Shown: positions 31,492 to 43,110 of the stretch, one piece after another | Position numbering within the stretch: the first letter of the stretch is position 1 | Layout: each line of letters begins with the position of its first letter | DNA from: Adineta vaga | Lineage: Eukaryota > Animalia > Rotifera | Length of the DNA: 64,000 bases | Direction: 5' to 3' | NCBI GenBank assembly: GCA_021613535.1 | Contig: CP075494.1 | Span: forward strand, 14,074,001 to 14,138,000 | The notes under the pieces: generated by a model | What the model was told of the DNA's origin: nothing | The model's database searches: none | What the model saw: only the letters and a program-made list of their open reading frames with translations | Program-made: the position numbers and the translations under genes

Positions 31492-34400
31492 ATGAGTGAT
31501 ACAGCAGCAATTGAATTATTAAAACGAGCTGTACAACTCGATGGTGAACAAAAGTATCCTGATGCATTAACTTGTTATTCTGAAGGTATTCGCATGTTGT
31601 TAAATGTTGTCAAAGGTAAGAAGATATGAAGATCAAGTTTTTTTTACGAAGAGATTTTCAAATAGATATTCCATCGACTGAAGAACGAAAACGAACTGCA
31701 TATCGAGAGAAAATTACTGAATGTATTGATCGTGCTGAGAAGCTCAAAGATTTAATTGATCAACAGAAAGGTATAGTAACCATTACTTTCATTTTAAGAA
31801 TAAAATACAATGTTAGCTTTTGTTCTTCTGTACTTTGATATAAAAATTTCATGAAAGAAAAGAGAAAGAAATTCTGAGATAACATAAGAGTTTATCATAT
31901 CTATTGTCACATTGACGTTACTTGTACTTTCGTCATATATGATAATATTCTTTTAAAACAATTTATCTATTTGATTATGTTGAAATTCATCTATTTTACT
32001 TTGTACATATTATCAAATATTCTTTTTATCAATGGACAATATGTTCAAACTATGTCAACTCAAGAAACATGTGTTCCATCAACGATTACTCTTCGTTGTC
32101 CAAATAATTATGTCGTTGTTGTTCGAAGTGCATCACACGGTGTGGCACAAATCACTGATTCTTGTTCATATAAACCCGGAGATTGTATTGTTGATGCCAT
32201 GAATAGTGTAACATGTCTAACGGATTCTATACAATGTTCAATTTATGCTGTTAGAAAGAAAATTGCTCAATGTAATGATCTATATAGTAGTTATTTTCGT
32301 GTTGAGTATGATTGTGTACCAATCTCAATGGATGATACATCGAATGAATATAATATATGCCATAATAATACAGATATAACAACTAATCATGGAATTATAC
32401 ATAGTCCTGGTTATCCATCACAATTTCAATTAACACCATTTGAATGTTTTCGTGCGATACATATTCCTGAGAATAAACATGTACGTTTATGGTTATCTGA
32501 TCTTGCTATTAGTTCAACAAGTACAAATTGTGCAAGTGATTATGTTTATGTTGTCGATAATATTCAAACATATAAACATTGTGGTTCAAAACGATATGCT
32601 TATCCATATTTGTGTTCATCAACGATTCTTATTCAATATTTTGTTCAAACTAAGTTTACTAGCTATCGAGGAATGAGAATCTATTTTGAAATCAGCGATC
32701 GATCTGTACATGATAATTGTCCGAATGTTACTGTTACACCAGTTCCAAGTTCAACAACAACAATGTCAACTCTCGAACCGGAAACAACAACAAATATACC
32801 AATTTATGTTCTACTTGGTATTGCATCACCAACACGTAGTTTTCAGATATGTGCAGGTAAATTACCATTCTTTTCCAGTTTTTTTTCCAACAAATAAATT
32901 TATTTAGGTGAATTTTATACAATTCAATGTCCAAATGATTATACAATAGCAGTAACAACGAACATATTCGGTGTAACATCATCCGATCAATGTGAATCAC
33001 ATGATGCAAGTCAACATTGTGTTGTAACTACTGATCCAATATTTTTATGTCGACAAACTTGTGTTTATATGTATCCTGGAAATCAAATTCTTCCATCCTG
33101 TAACAATAAAACTGCTGCTTATCAATATGTTGAATATCAATGTATTCCGACGAAAACGACTCTCGTTTCTCCAGATATTCCATGTTCTCATGATGGATCT
33201 AAAACGGACATTCGAATTGATCGTAATGGTCGATTTCAAAGTTATAATTATCCAAAATTAGAAAAGATGAATTGTAAATATCGTTTGAAAACGAAACCAG
33301 GTTATATTATGCATATTTATGCATTAGATATTAGTCTGAATAATTATGTTCCAAATTGTCAATCTAATAAAATGACATTGATCGAAGATAATGATAATCA
33401 AAGTACAGATTTTTGCGAACAACGAACGAATAGTTTGATCTATTCTAGTTGTTCTAATGAATTGGATTTACATTATGTTATTAATGATGATTCCCAACCC
33501 TTTTCCTATGGATTAGAATTATATATTGAAAGTCAAGCACGTCCATTCGATTGGTCTTGTGGAGAAAGTTTATCGACATCAACACATTTAACAACAAATC
33601 GAATAACACCAACAACACCATCACAAGCTACATCAATAACGAGTCTTTCTATGATGACTGTACTTAATCCAGTTGAATATGATATCTGTTACAATGATAC
33701 ATTTGTTGGAACTTGTCCATATGGATTTACATTTATGCTTCTTGATGCATTTTATGGTGTTAAAAATCAAGTCTCGAATAAATGTGCTTTTATTCAAGAT
33801 GATTGTGTTCAAGAAGCAACGTCAACAATCACACAATGTCATACCGATTTACCAAATTGTATTCTATCGTATTTAAATAAACGTCGATTAGCTCATTGTT
33901 CAGATAAGTATGCAGATTATTTACATATTACCTATCAATGTGTACCAAGCTTTCCAATCAGTTCAACATCTAGTTTAATTATCTATGATATTTGTAATAC
34001 AACAAATCAAATAGAAAATATGAATGGAATATTGATAAGTCCAAATTTTCCCAATTATGAACGAACTAATATTGAATGTAAACGAGAAATTCGAGGAATA
34101 CTCGATAAAGCATTAAAAATTTGGATTAATGAAATGGCTATAGCTAGCAATAATCAACGTACTACAGGTATACTATGATTTTTGGGAAATTTTTGAAATG
34201 TTTTTTGAATTATCTATTTATTCCTTAGAACATTCGAATCAACCAGATCTAACGATTTTTAAAACAAGTAATCTCGAACGAAGTTATCCATCAATTCGTG
34301 AAACATGTATCGATGATTATTTAACTATCGATACTCCACATATTATCTATGTTTACTGTGGTCTACGAAAAGTGGCTCTTGAACCTATTTGTGCAACAAA

Positions 34401-37400
34401 TATTATTGTACAATATAAAACAAGTTCATCATCAAATCTTTCTTACAAAGGTTTTAAATTATATTTTGAATGGGTTGAAAAACCATTAGATATATTTTGT
34501 CATGGTAATCCTTCTACTTATGATCCATCCATATCAACTACAACATCTATGACTGAACTCTTACCAATTTGGGCACAAAATCTTGATGTATCCTATACTC
34601 TTAGTAAACAAGTTTGTCTTGGTACAATCGAATCATTAACATGTCCACGTGGAAATGATTATGTACTTTCTATACGAAATTCAAATTATGGTGTCACAGG
34701 AACAGGCTTATGTGAATTCCCATCATTTTCTCATTGTCGGCAAGAAGCTTCATTAGGTTTAACATGTGCACATACTTGTTCCGTTGAATATATCATTCCT
34801 AAACCACTTTCTCAATGTCAAAATCAAAATGCTGATTATCTCAAAATTGAATATGAATGTATACCAACACGTTTACTAGATCATGAAAATCCTATAGATA
34901 TATGTGCATCAATACCAACAGAGACTATTGCAATGAATAAAGGTATGATGATAAGTCCACATTATCCAACATTGAATTCTGCTCATAGTTGTTCGAAAAA
35001 AATTGAAACTTTACCAAGTAAATTATGGATGGTTTATCTCGTTGATTTATTTTTGGAAAGTGAAGATGAATTTAGTGATTGTACACATGCATCATTAACA
35101 ATCTATGATGGAAAAGATAAACTTATTATTTGTGGTTTACAACAACCTGGCTTAGTTCTATTCAGTTGTTCTAATATTGTTCAATTTGATTTTATGTCAA
35201 ATCAACAAGCACTTGGTTATCGAGGTTTTAAAGTTTATTTTAAAACGATTGATATACCAATTGGATGGTCATGTGTACCAAGTGGATTTAGTACATCGAC
35301 AAAACAAACAACAACTTCATCATTTCCATTAACAACTTTAATTCCACCAACTCTTCAAAGTAAGTTTTGAGTCAATTGTATCGAACAACAGACAAATTTA
35401 TCTTTTGTGTCTATTTAGTTGCTGTTTATGGTGGATCAACTATTCATGGTATTCGACAATATTGTCAATTTCCATTTATATATCAAGGTATTCAATATAC
35501 CAATTGTATTGCTGATAAACCACCACATGCAACACCAGATCAAACTATCTATGATCCATGGTGTTCTCTAACTAGTAATCATGATGTTGATAGACAATGG
35601 GGCTTTTGCGATATTGGTGTAACAGATTCAACATTTCATGATGTATGTCGAAATCAATTACAAAATCTAAAATGTCCATCGGGATATGTTATTGATATGA
35701 TAACAGCTGATTATGCAGCAAAAGCAAATGGAATAATAGATTCAAATTCATGTTTTTATAATGAAAATGATTGTTTTCAAAATGATGCATCAACTATACA
35801 GAATGTTTGTGCCGGTAAAACATCTTGTACAGCATATCATTATGCTAAAAGTTTAGTGTCATGTCAAAATCGACCATCTGCTTATTTACATCTTGATTAT
35901 ACTTGTGTTCCAAATGATGTTCAAAATATTACGACATATGATATTTGTAGTAATGAAATAAAACCATTTGGTGATATTCGTCGTGGTTTTTTAATTTCAC
36001 CTAATTTTCCCAATTCGAAGAATAATATAAGTTGTACATATGATTTACATACATTAAAACCACATCAAGATATTTATCTATATATTATTGATATGGATTT
36101 AAATAGTCCAAATATCGTCGGACAAAGTTGTACAAAAGATCGATTAATTATTAATGCAGATGATAGTATTACTGAATGGTGTGGACGATCTTATACAAAT
36201 CTTCTTTTACGAACATGTCATGCATCTATATCTTTACAATTAATTCGATCATCAGATGCAAAAGGACGTGGAATAAAATTTTATTTCGAATTTCGACAAC
36301 GATCTCCCAATGAAATTTGTGAAGAAGTTATTACACCTAGTCCACGACCAACATTATCACCTCCACTAACAACATTACCATCACGTCCAAACTATTTCCC
36401 AAATCCATCTCCTCGAATGATAAAAACACTTTGTTATCCCGATGTTTCAGCACTATTCGGAACAAATAATTTTCAATGTCCATCAGATTATATTCTTGTC
36501 ATTCATCGAGCATTCTACGGTAAAGGCACTCAATGTGTTTATACACCTGGTGATTGTACGAGTGAGGCAGACAATATCTATCGAATATGTTCAGGAAAAC
36601 AAGTATGTTCAGTATCATTTTTAAGTATATTCAATTTACCTGAATGTGATAAAGCTATTGCCAATTATCTTTCCGTTCAATATCAATGTTTACCAGCAGC
36701 ATCGATTGTTCCCAATATCAATAATATTTGTACAAATCAAATGAATGAATTAATTCCAATTAGTGGTCTACTTCAAAGTACATCGTATCCATCTTATATT
36801 CCAAGTCAATGCGTACATGTAACATTAAGTTCACCAGAAGGATCGAATCTTGTTATTTATATGTATTTAATTGATCTTGATATTGATTTACCTGATGTTC
36901 AAACTGGTAATTGTACATATGATTATCTTTTCTTATCATATCAATGTAATAATGAATTATATGAAATAAATATATGTGGTACACATCAAACCGAACTTTT
37001 ATTTGATACATGTTCACCAACAGATAAAATATTTATTTCTTATAATTTAACAAATTCGAATTCACAATCACAACGTGGATTTTCACTTCTCTATCATCTA
37101 TTACCAACATCAATTCGAACAACTCCATCTTTATCAACAGTAACATCAAAAGCAAGTACATCAATGACGACAACAACAACAACAGAAGTAATAATTGGAC
37201 CTGGTCCAATCAGTACAGTCATATCACAATCAACAGCATGTGTTCAACAGAATATACAATTACGTTGTAATCCAACTTATGGTCTTGTTCTACATACAAT
37301 CGATCTTGCCGTCAGTCGAACAGGTAGCTGTAATTATTCTTCAGATGATTGTTTCGAAGAACGCAGTTATTTACATGGCACATGTGGTGGTAAATCTTCT

Positions 37401-39886
37401 TGTTATATATTTGTTCCGTTACTTACATTATCAAAATGTAATAATTCCAAATCCAATTATTTCTATGCTGAATATCAATGTATTCCATTAAAACCCAAAT
37501 TAAATATTGATATATGTTCGTCAATGACGACATTGGAAAGAGTCGAAGGTGGTGCAATTGTTCAAACAAAAGGTTATATATCAGAGAATACAAAATGCCA
37601 AGTTCGATTACAGTCAGCGAAATCAGTAGAACATTCTGTTCATAAAGCATTTGCTGTTTATGTTGTTATGCTTGATTTACCATTTCGAGCATTTCGTGAA
37701 CAAGGTACACAATGTTATGATTCTGATCCATATATTGAAATTGTTGATGCACAAATAGGCACAACACGTCTTTGTGGAAGTATGCATACACGTCAATTAT
37801 TTGAAACATGTGCAGATACAATTGAAATTCGTTATAACAATTTTAATATTGGAGCTAGTGAACGATATAAAGGTTTCCAATTATATTTTGAATCAATCGA
37901 GAAGAGAGAATGTTCCGATTTTGTTACAACAAGTCCACCAAAACAACGAGAACCATTGATTATCAATGAAGATATTGTTTGTACATCAGCAGAACGAATC
38001 AGTTTTTCATGTACAACAAATCATGGTCTTGTCTTTTTACAATCATATGAATTTATTACCAGTAACCCACAAGCTTGTGATATTAATCAACAATCTTGTC
38101 ATTATCTTGCTGAACAACCTCAAGCACTTTGTTCCGGTCAACAAACTTGCACTTATATTCATACAATTCCCATCGGTCCACATTTGAATACATGTCAAGG
38201 TATAAAAGGTGATTTACTTCAATTTTTCTATCAATGTATACCAATGAGATCAACACCGATCTATCCAGTAGCAAAATTTTGTGATGATACAATTGTTACA
38301 TTCAATCAAGGATTTATTGAAACGCCAAGATATCCAAATACATATGAGAATGATCGAAAGCAATGTACTTTACGTATTGTATTACCGAACACTCCGGAAG
38401 GAAAACAACTTTCAATCTTTCTCTATATTATCAATTTATCTATTCGTGATACATCAATAATGAATTCAACATCATCAACTATTGAATGTTATGATTCAAT
38501 TACATATCGTGATGGACAAACAAGTGAAACATTATGTGGAAATATTGATCAACCTGTATTTCAATATCAAACAAATAAAAATGATTTAGAATTAATATTA
38601 AACATAACTGAATCTCTTTCTTCTTCGGATACTTCTTCATCCAAATGGCATGGTGCACGTTTGTTTTTCTTTATTGGAAATCAATCACTTCCATCACCAC
38701 CAAGAAATCCTCTAACAACAACCTCAACAATAATAACAAAACCAACCGTAGAAGATATTTCGACAAAACCTACTAATCAACATTCCAAAAACGGACCTAT
38801 TATTGGTGGTAGTATTGCGGGTGTTATAGTTTTAATATTATTAGCAACAATTGCTTCGATATATTATCGACGTCGTTCATCTCCGCAATCGAGTGAAACT
38901 CCATTAGTTGAATATCGAAAAAAACCTGATTCCATTCAGGAGAATAACATTGATGAATCATATGATAAACATTGTAGTAGTATACCCACATCATCGTTAA
39001 GAGGCTCAGCTATTCCATCCTTTACTAGTCCATTTCATTTAAGATATAATTCTGAAAATGATAATGATACTTAAAAATCGAATAAATAAATATTTTCCCT
39101 TTTTTATATTTGACATATCAAAATAAATAATAATTAATCGAAATTCCTTCTTCATTTTAGCAAAAACTTATCATGAACAACTTCAAATAAAAGATGGTTC
39201 AATAGGCAACAGTTATGAAAAGATTTTCAGTCGATTTCTCAATGAACATGTGACACAAATTACCGTTCAAGATCCATATATACGAGCCTATCATCAAGTT
39301 TGTCTTCGATTTTTGTCATCGAAAATTTATATTTATCAAACAAACTCTTCTTTAGATCAGCAATTTTCTACGTTTTTGCGAAGCTGCTATCAAATCACCA
39401 GCAAATATTAAACGAATCGATTTGATAACGAGTACGGAAACGGTAGAATCAATTCAAGACTTTCTTTTATAATCTTCTTTTCTGATTATTTATTAGAATG
39501 ATCAAGCAAAGAAAACTCAAATTGAACAATTAAATGAATTTAAAGAACATCTGATGAAACGGCATTCAATTGATTTAACAATCAATTATATAACAGGATT
39601 ACATGATCGAGAAATAAAGTAAGTGAGTACCTAGGATCGCATTCTTAATTTCTATTAATTTCAAGATTGAATAATGGTTGGATAATTAAAATCGGTCGTG
39701 GACTGGATTTTTACAAACCACCAGAAAGTGACTAATCGAAACGTTTTTTTTTCTCAAAAATATGCATTATTTTCTTATTTGATTTAAGGCAAATTCTCCA
39801 TAGGATACTACGATCTTGATCTACGTCCATGTCATCAAACTACAATTGATATATTTCATAGTGAAAGAGTGCAATCATCTTCTTAA
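31492..39886 (+). CDS. MITD1: MIT domain-containing protein 1 (MIT + PLD-like MIT_C), with 7390-nt second intron
   Basis: Exon 1 31492-31615 ([28 protein letters not shown]) and exon 2 31666-31770 ([17 protein letters not shown]) splice in frame to exon 3 at 39161 ([34 protein letters not shown]). Later exons give [30 protein letters not shown] and [16 protein letters not shown]. Confidence 0.93.
31977..39074 (+). CDS. Large type I membrane protein (~2308 aa): signal peptide, 8x[SUEL/Gal-lectin-like + CUB + Thr-rich linker], one FN2, TM, short tail; nested in MITD1 intron 2
   Basis: Exons 31977-32856, 32908-34167, 34229-35359 and 35419-39074 total 6927 nt and are in frame. Each unit has C..L.CP..Y...A.YG...YL.VEY.C.P followed by G...SP.YP...C...CG...GF..YFE. 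FN2 [28 protein letters not shown] at ~35463-35610. [25 protein letters not shown] followed by RRR. Confidence 0.9.
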
Positions 39887-40015
39887 AAAAACATTTCTGA
39901 ATATCTTGTAAATTTCTTCTTCTTTTTTTATTCATTGTCAAAGTGTAGATCTAACATGTTATCTTTTTCAATAAAAACATTCAATATATTTTCTGATATT
40001 TTCAATTGAATTTAG

Positions 40016-40873
40016 ATGGAAAATATTCGAATAGGTTTTATTGGTGGTGGTAGAATCGTTCAAGCATTACTTGAAGGATTCTATGAAATAGATTATCTTC
40101 GAAATATGAAGATTTGGATAAGTTGTCCATCTGCTGAGAATGAAAACTCAACTTTAAAACGTTTTAATACTCATATACAAATGACGACATCGAATACAAT
40201 GTTATGTAATAATTGTGATATTGTTTTATTTGCTGTTAAAGCGAAATTAATCAAATCAGTCTGTGCAGAACTTGAAAAAGCAGTAGATAATACTCGTTTA
40301 TCACAAATATTATTTGTTTCAATCATTCCGGGTTTAACTATTTCAACAATAACACAATGGCTTCATACACAAGAGAATATTATGAGAATTATGTATAATG
40401 TTAATGTTGCTAAATGTAATGGTTCCTATGCAATATCATCATCATCAAAAATGAATGAGAATAATCTCAATCAGATCTATTTAAAATCAATTTTTGATAA
40501 AGTTGCTTATTTTGCTGGTAATGTTAGTGAATCGGAATTGGATATCATGTGTGCATTGATTGGTAGTGGTCCAGCATTTTTCTGTACAGCAGTTGAAGGT
40601 TTAGCTGATGGTGCCGTTAAAGCTGGTCTATCACGTCAATTAGCAAATACTTTAGCTGCTCGAACAATGCTTGGTTGTGCTGATATTCTTGTGACATCAT
40701 CAAAACATCCAGCTGAATTGAAAAATGATATATCCACGCCAGGTGGTACGACAATCTACGGTTTACATGAACTTGAAAATAGATGTGTACGAGGTGCATA
40801 TATGGATGCTTTGATGTCAGCATTTAATCGTGCGCAAACGATGGCTGATCAATTAGCCAAAGAATTAAAATGA
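40016..40873 (+). CDS. PYCR: Pyrroline-5-carboxylate reductase, intronless
   Basis: Rossmann IGFIGGGRI, IVLFAVK, ALIGSGPAFF, EGLADGAVKAGL, HPAELKNDISTPGGTTIYGLHELE. Confidence 0.95.
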   Translation: MENIRIGFIGGGRIVQALLEGFYEIDYLRNMKIWISCPSAENENSTLKRFNTHIQMTTSNTMLCNNCDIVLFAVKAKLIKSVCAELEKAVDNTRLSQILFVSIIPGLTISTITQWLHTQENIMRIMYNVNVAKCNGSYAISSSSKMNENNLNQIYLKSIFDKVAYFAGNVSESELDIMCALIGSGPAFFCTAVEGLADGAVKAGLSRQLANTLAARTMLGCADILVTSSKHPAELKNDISTPGGTTIYGLHELENRCVRGAYMDALMSAFNRAQTMADQLAKELK

Positions 40874-40916
40874 ATAAAGATCTAAGTTCTTTTTAGTTTA
40901 TTTTCTGTTTTAGATC

Positions 40917-41711
40917 ATGTTATCTATACTTCGAAATCTCACTCTTTGTCAATCGACAAATTCGATTCGATTAACATCTTTAATTCGTTTCGCTGGTTCA
41001 TTACAAGAAAAACATAAAGAACATTCAATAAAAGCGAAAGATTTCTTTATCGATCCAAATCTACAAAAATCCTTTGAAAAATTAAAGAAAGGTGATTTTA
41101 TTCCTGAACCAATTAATACAGGTTCATTTAGTTATATTCGAAATCAGTCACCAATCGAATCAAAATTTGATACTACATTATCTAAACGAGAAGTTCTTCG
41201 TCAAGATTTTCTGGGCAAACTTGTCTATATTGGCAAATTAGATAAACCATTTCGTGCAGCGAAATCTCTTTCCTTAGCATCAAGTCTTGGTGGTGCTATT
41301 TGTTATCCAATAATGTTACCGAAAATCATCGAAGAAGCATCAATATTTATGGTAATCGGTTACACAATTATTTCTGCTACATTTGTTTTATTAACACCAT
41401 CTTTAATACAAATGATTTGTAAAAGATATTTAACATCAATCTATTATCATGAACAAACGGGTGAATTCACTGGATTTTATAAGAATTTCTTTATGATGGA
41501 AAGACAAATTAAATTTCGTGCTGATGATGTTCAAGTCCCACCAATTACTGGCATGTTTACATCGATGCTTATTAAAAATCAACCATTCTTTGTTAATCAT
41601 GATGATTTTCTTGATAAACCAATATTAATGAAGATGTTAGGATATGATAAAGAATTTGATTTTAGTAAATATACAAAAGATCTTACAAATGATGAAAAAA
41701 AAGAAACATAG
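40917..41711 (+). CDS. TMEM70: TMEM70-like mitochondrial ATP synthase assembly factor
   Basis: Presequence-like N-terminus; GKLVYIGKL..AAKSLSLASS, two TM segments, LTPSLI..KRYL, KFRADDVQVP...MFTS, KMLGYDKEFDF. Confidence 0.88.
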   Translation: MLSILRNLTLCQSTNSIRLTSLIRFAGSLQEKHKEHSIKAKDFFIDPNLQKSFEKLKKGDFIPEPINTGSFSYIRNQSPIESKFDTTLSKREVLRQDFLGKLVYIGKLDKPFRAAKSLSLASSLGGAICYPIMLPKIIEEASIFMVIGYTIISATFVLLTPSLIQMICKRYLTSIYYHEQTGEFTGFYKNFFMMERQIKFRADDVQVPPITGMFTSMLIKNQPFFVNHDDFLDKPILMKMLGYDKEFDFSKYTKDLTNDEKKET

Positions 41712-41799
41712 TTTGTTTGTTTTTAGTCATAATAAATAAAATAAAAACTTAGACAATCGATTGTCTTTCTTTTTTTAAGATTGAAATAGAGAGAAATGT

Positions 41800-43110
41800 T
41801 CATTTATTTTCTATGCATAGAATAATATTCATAACAATTCTCGTAAGTGTATGCATTAGATCTTCATGAAGCATTCGATTTCACTACCATTATCTAATTG
41901 ACACCTTCTTCTCGCATAAAATATAAGACACTCTTTTTAATTGGAAACAAAATTTTATTTCTTTTATCAAACATAAACGAGCGAAGTTTACTCTCAAACA
42001 AATGACAATGAAATCATTTCGAATAATACAAAAGAAAGAAAACTATTTTACATATCTTTGAATGAATCAATGTTATTATTTGTCAAATAAATATCATTGA
42101 AACTTAATCGACATAGAAGAAGGAGAAGACGAAGAAAACATTTGATATAGCTTATTCAATCTATCCATTGATAGGCTTCGAAGAAAACATAGAAAAATTT
42201 GAATGAAAAATGTCTTTTTACATACATAGATATGATAATTCATGTTTAGCCAATTGTAATAGATGAAGTTAATTAGTATGCCCGTTCAATACAGGTTTTG
42301 ACGACAACGAACAAATAAGAAAATCAATGTCCGAATTATCAACAAAACCTGCACTTATAGACTATAAAATAGTTTGTTTTATTCATTGGATCTATTGAAA
42401 TGGACGTCAGCTTGTCGTAGAACATAGAGGTTTGTTTAGTTGTCAGTCGATGACTCTTTATGGTATTCAGCTGGTGGAAATTTCTTCGAGTGAATATTCT
42501 TGATGCGGTTGATGGTGACTAAAAAAAAAGTTATGACTTTTCTTTTGATGCATTTTTAAAGACAAATGGTTGACGTTCTACATCACTTGAGAAAAGAATG
42601 GAAAATTTAGAATAAAGAGAAGAAAAAAAGTGAAGAAAAGAGAGAAGAGAGACAGACAAAAGGAAGGAAAATGATTGTTTAAAACATTTGATATTTGATA
42701 TAATAGAATATTTTGTTTGTTTTTCTCGTTTGTCAACAATGAATATGTTGAGAGAAAAGAAGAAGAAGTTTCTCTTTTGTCTCAAAGAAATATATCATAC
42801 CCAAAGAAAAAAAATCGTTCTTCTTCTCTGAACATGAGTTAGTTGAAGCGGCAAAAACCCATAAAACTGTAGTGTATGTCAACATATAACATATCTAATA
42901 GCCGACACAAGTCTAATTTCTCTAGGGTTGTTTGTCGACATGCGTGCCTAACTATATGAGTATGTATGCGTTTCTCAGTACCGCTTTCAGTTACAACTGG
43001 CAAGGTGATAGGTAGTCTAATAGAATAGAGTGAGAGCAAGTCTCCAGAGAATCATCGTCGCTGTTGTCGCTCGTCTCGAAACATAAAAATGAGTTTCCGT
43101 TTCTTCTTCC
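41800..43110 (-). ncRNA. Putative spliced non-coding pri-miRNA host transcript
   Basis: No convincing ORF; candidate donor GTATGA at 42800 and acceptor (T)8AG at 42519; TATATAAG at ~43143-43150; minus-strand AATAAA near 41803. Boundaries are approximate. Confidence 0.4.
42288..42355 (-). ncRNA. mir-981: microRNA precursor, mir-981/mir-76 family; mature 3p 42290-42311 (UUCGUUGUCGUCAAAACCUGUA)
   Basis: Fold-back GCAGGUUUUG/CAAAACCUGU, GAUAA/UUGUC and CGGACA/UGUUCG. The 3' arm matches recalled Drosophila miR-981-3p (UUCGUUGUCGACGAAACCUGCA) at 19/22 with identical seed. Confidence 0.88.

Noticed and set aside
31492-31838. Stand-alone short MIT-only gene or truncated pseudogene
   Set aside because: Splices in frame to the remaining MITD1 exons at 39161.
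40016-40873. Intronless PYCR as a bacterial proC horizontal transfer
   Set aside because: Motifs fit eukaryotic PYCR equally well, and native neighbours (TMEM70, PSMG4) are also intronless; a phylogeny would be needed.
42918-42932. AACCCTA motif suggesting a telomerase RNA template
   Set aside because: Too short, lacks a 1.5-repeat template, and does not fit the bdelloid telomere repeats I recall.
42975-43060. Possible C/D snoRNA (CGATGA...CTGA, minus strand)
   Set aside because: Imperfect C box, no terminal stem and no recognisable rRNA antisense element.
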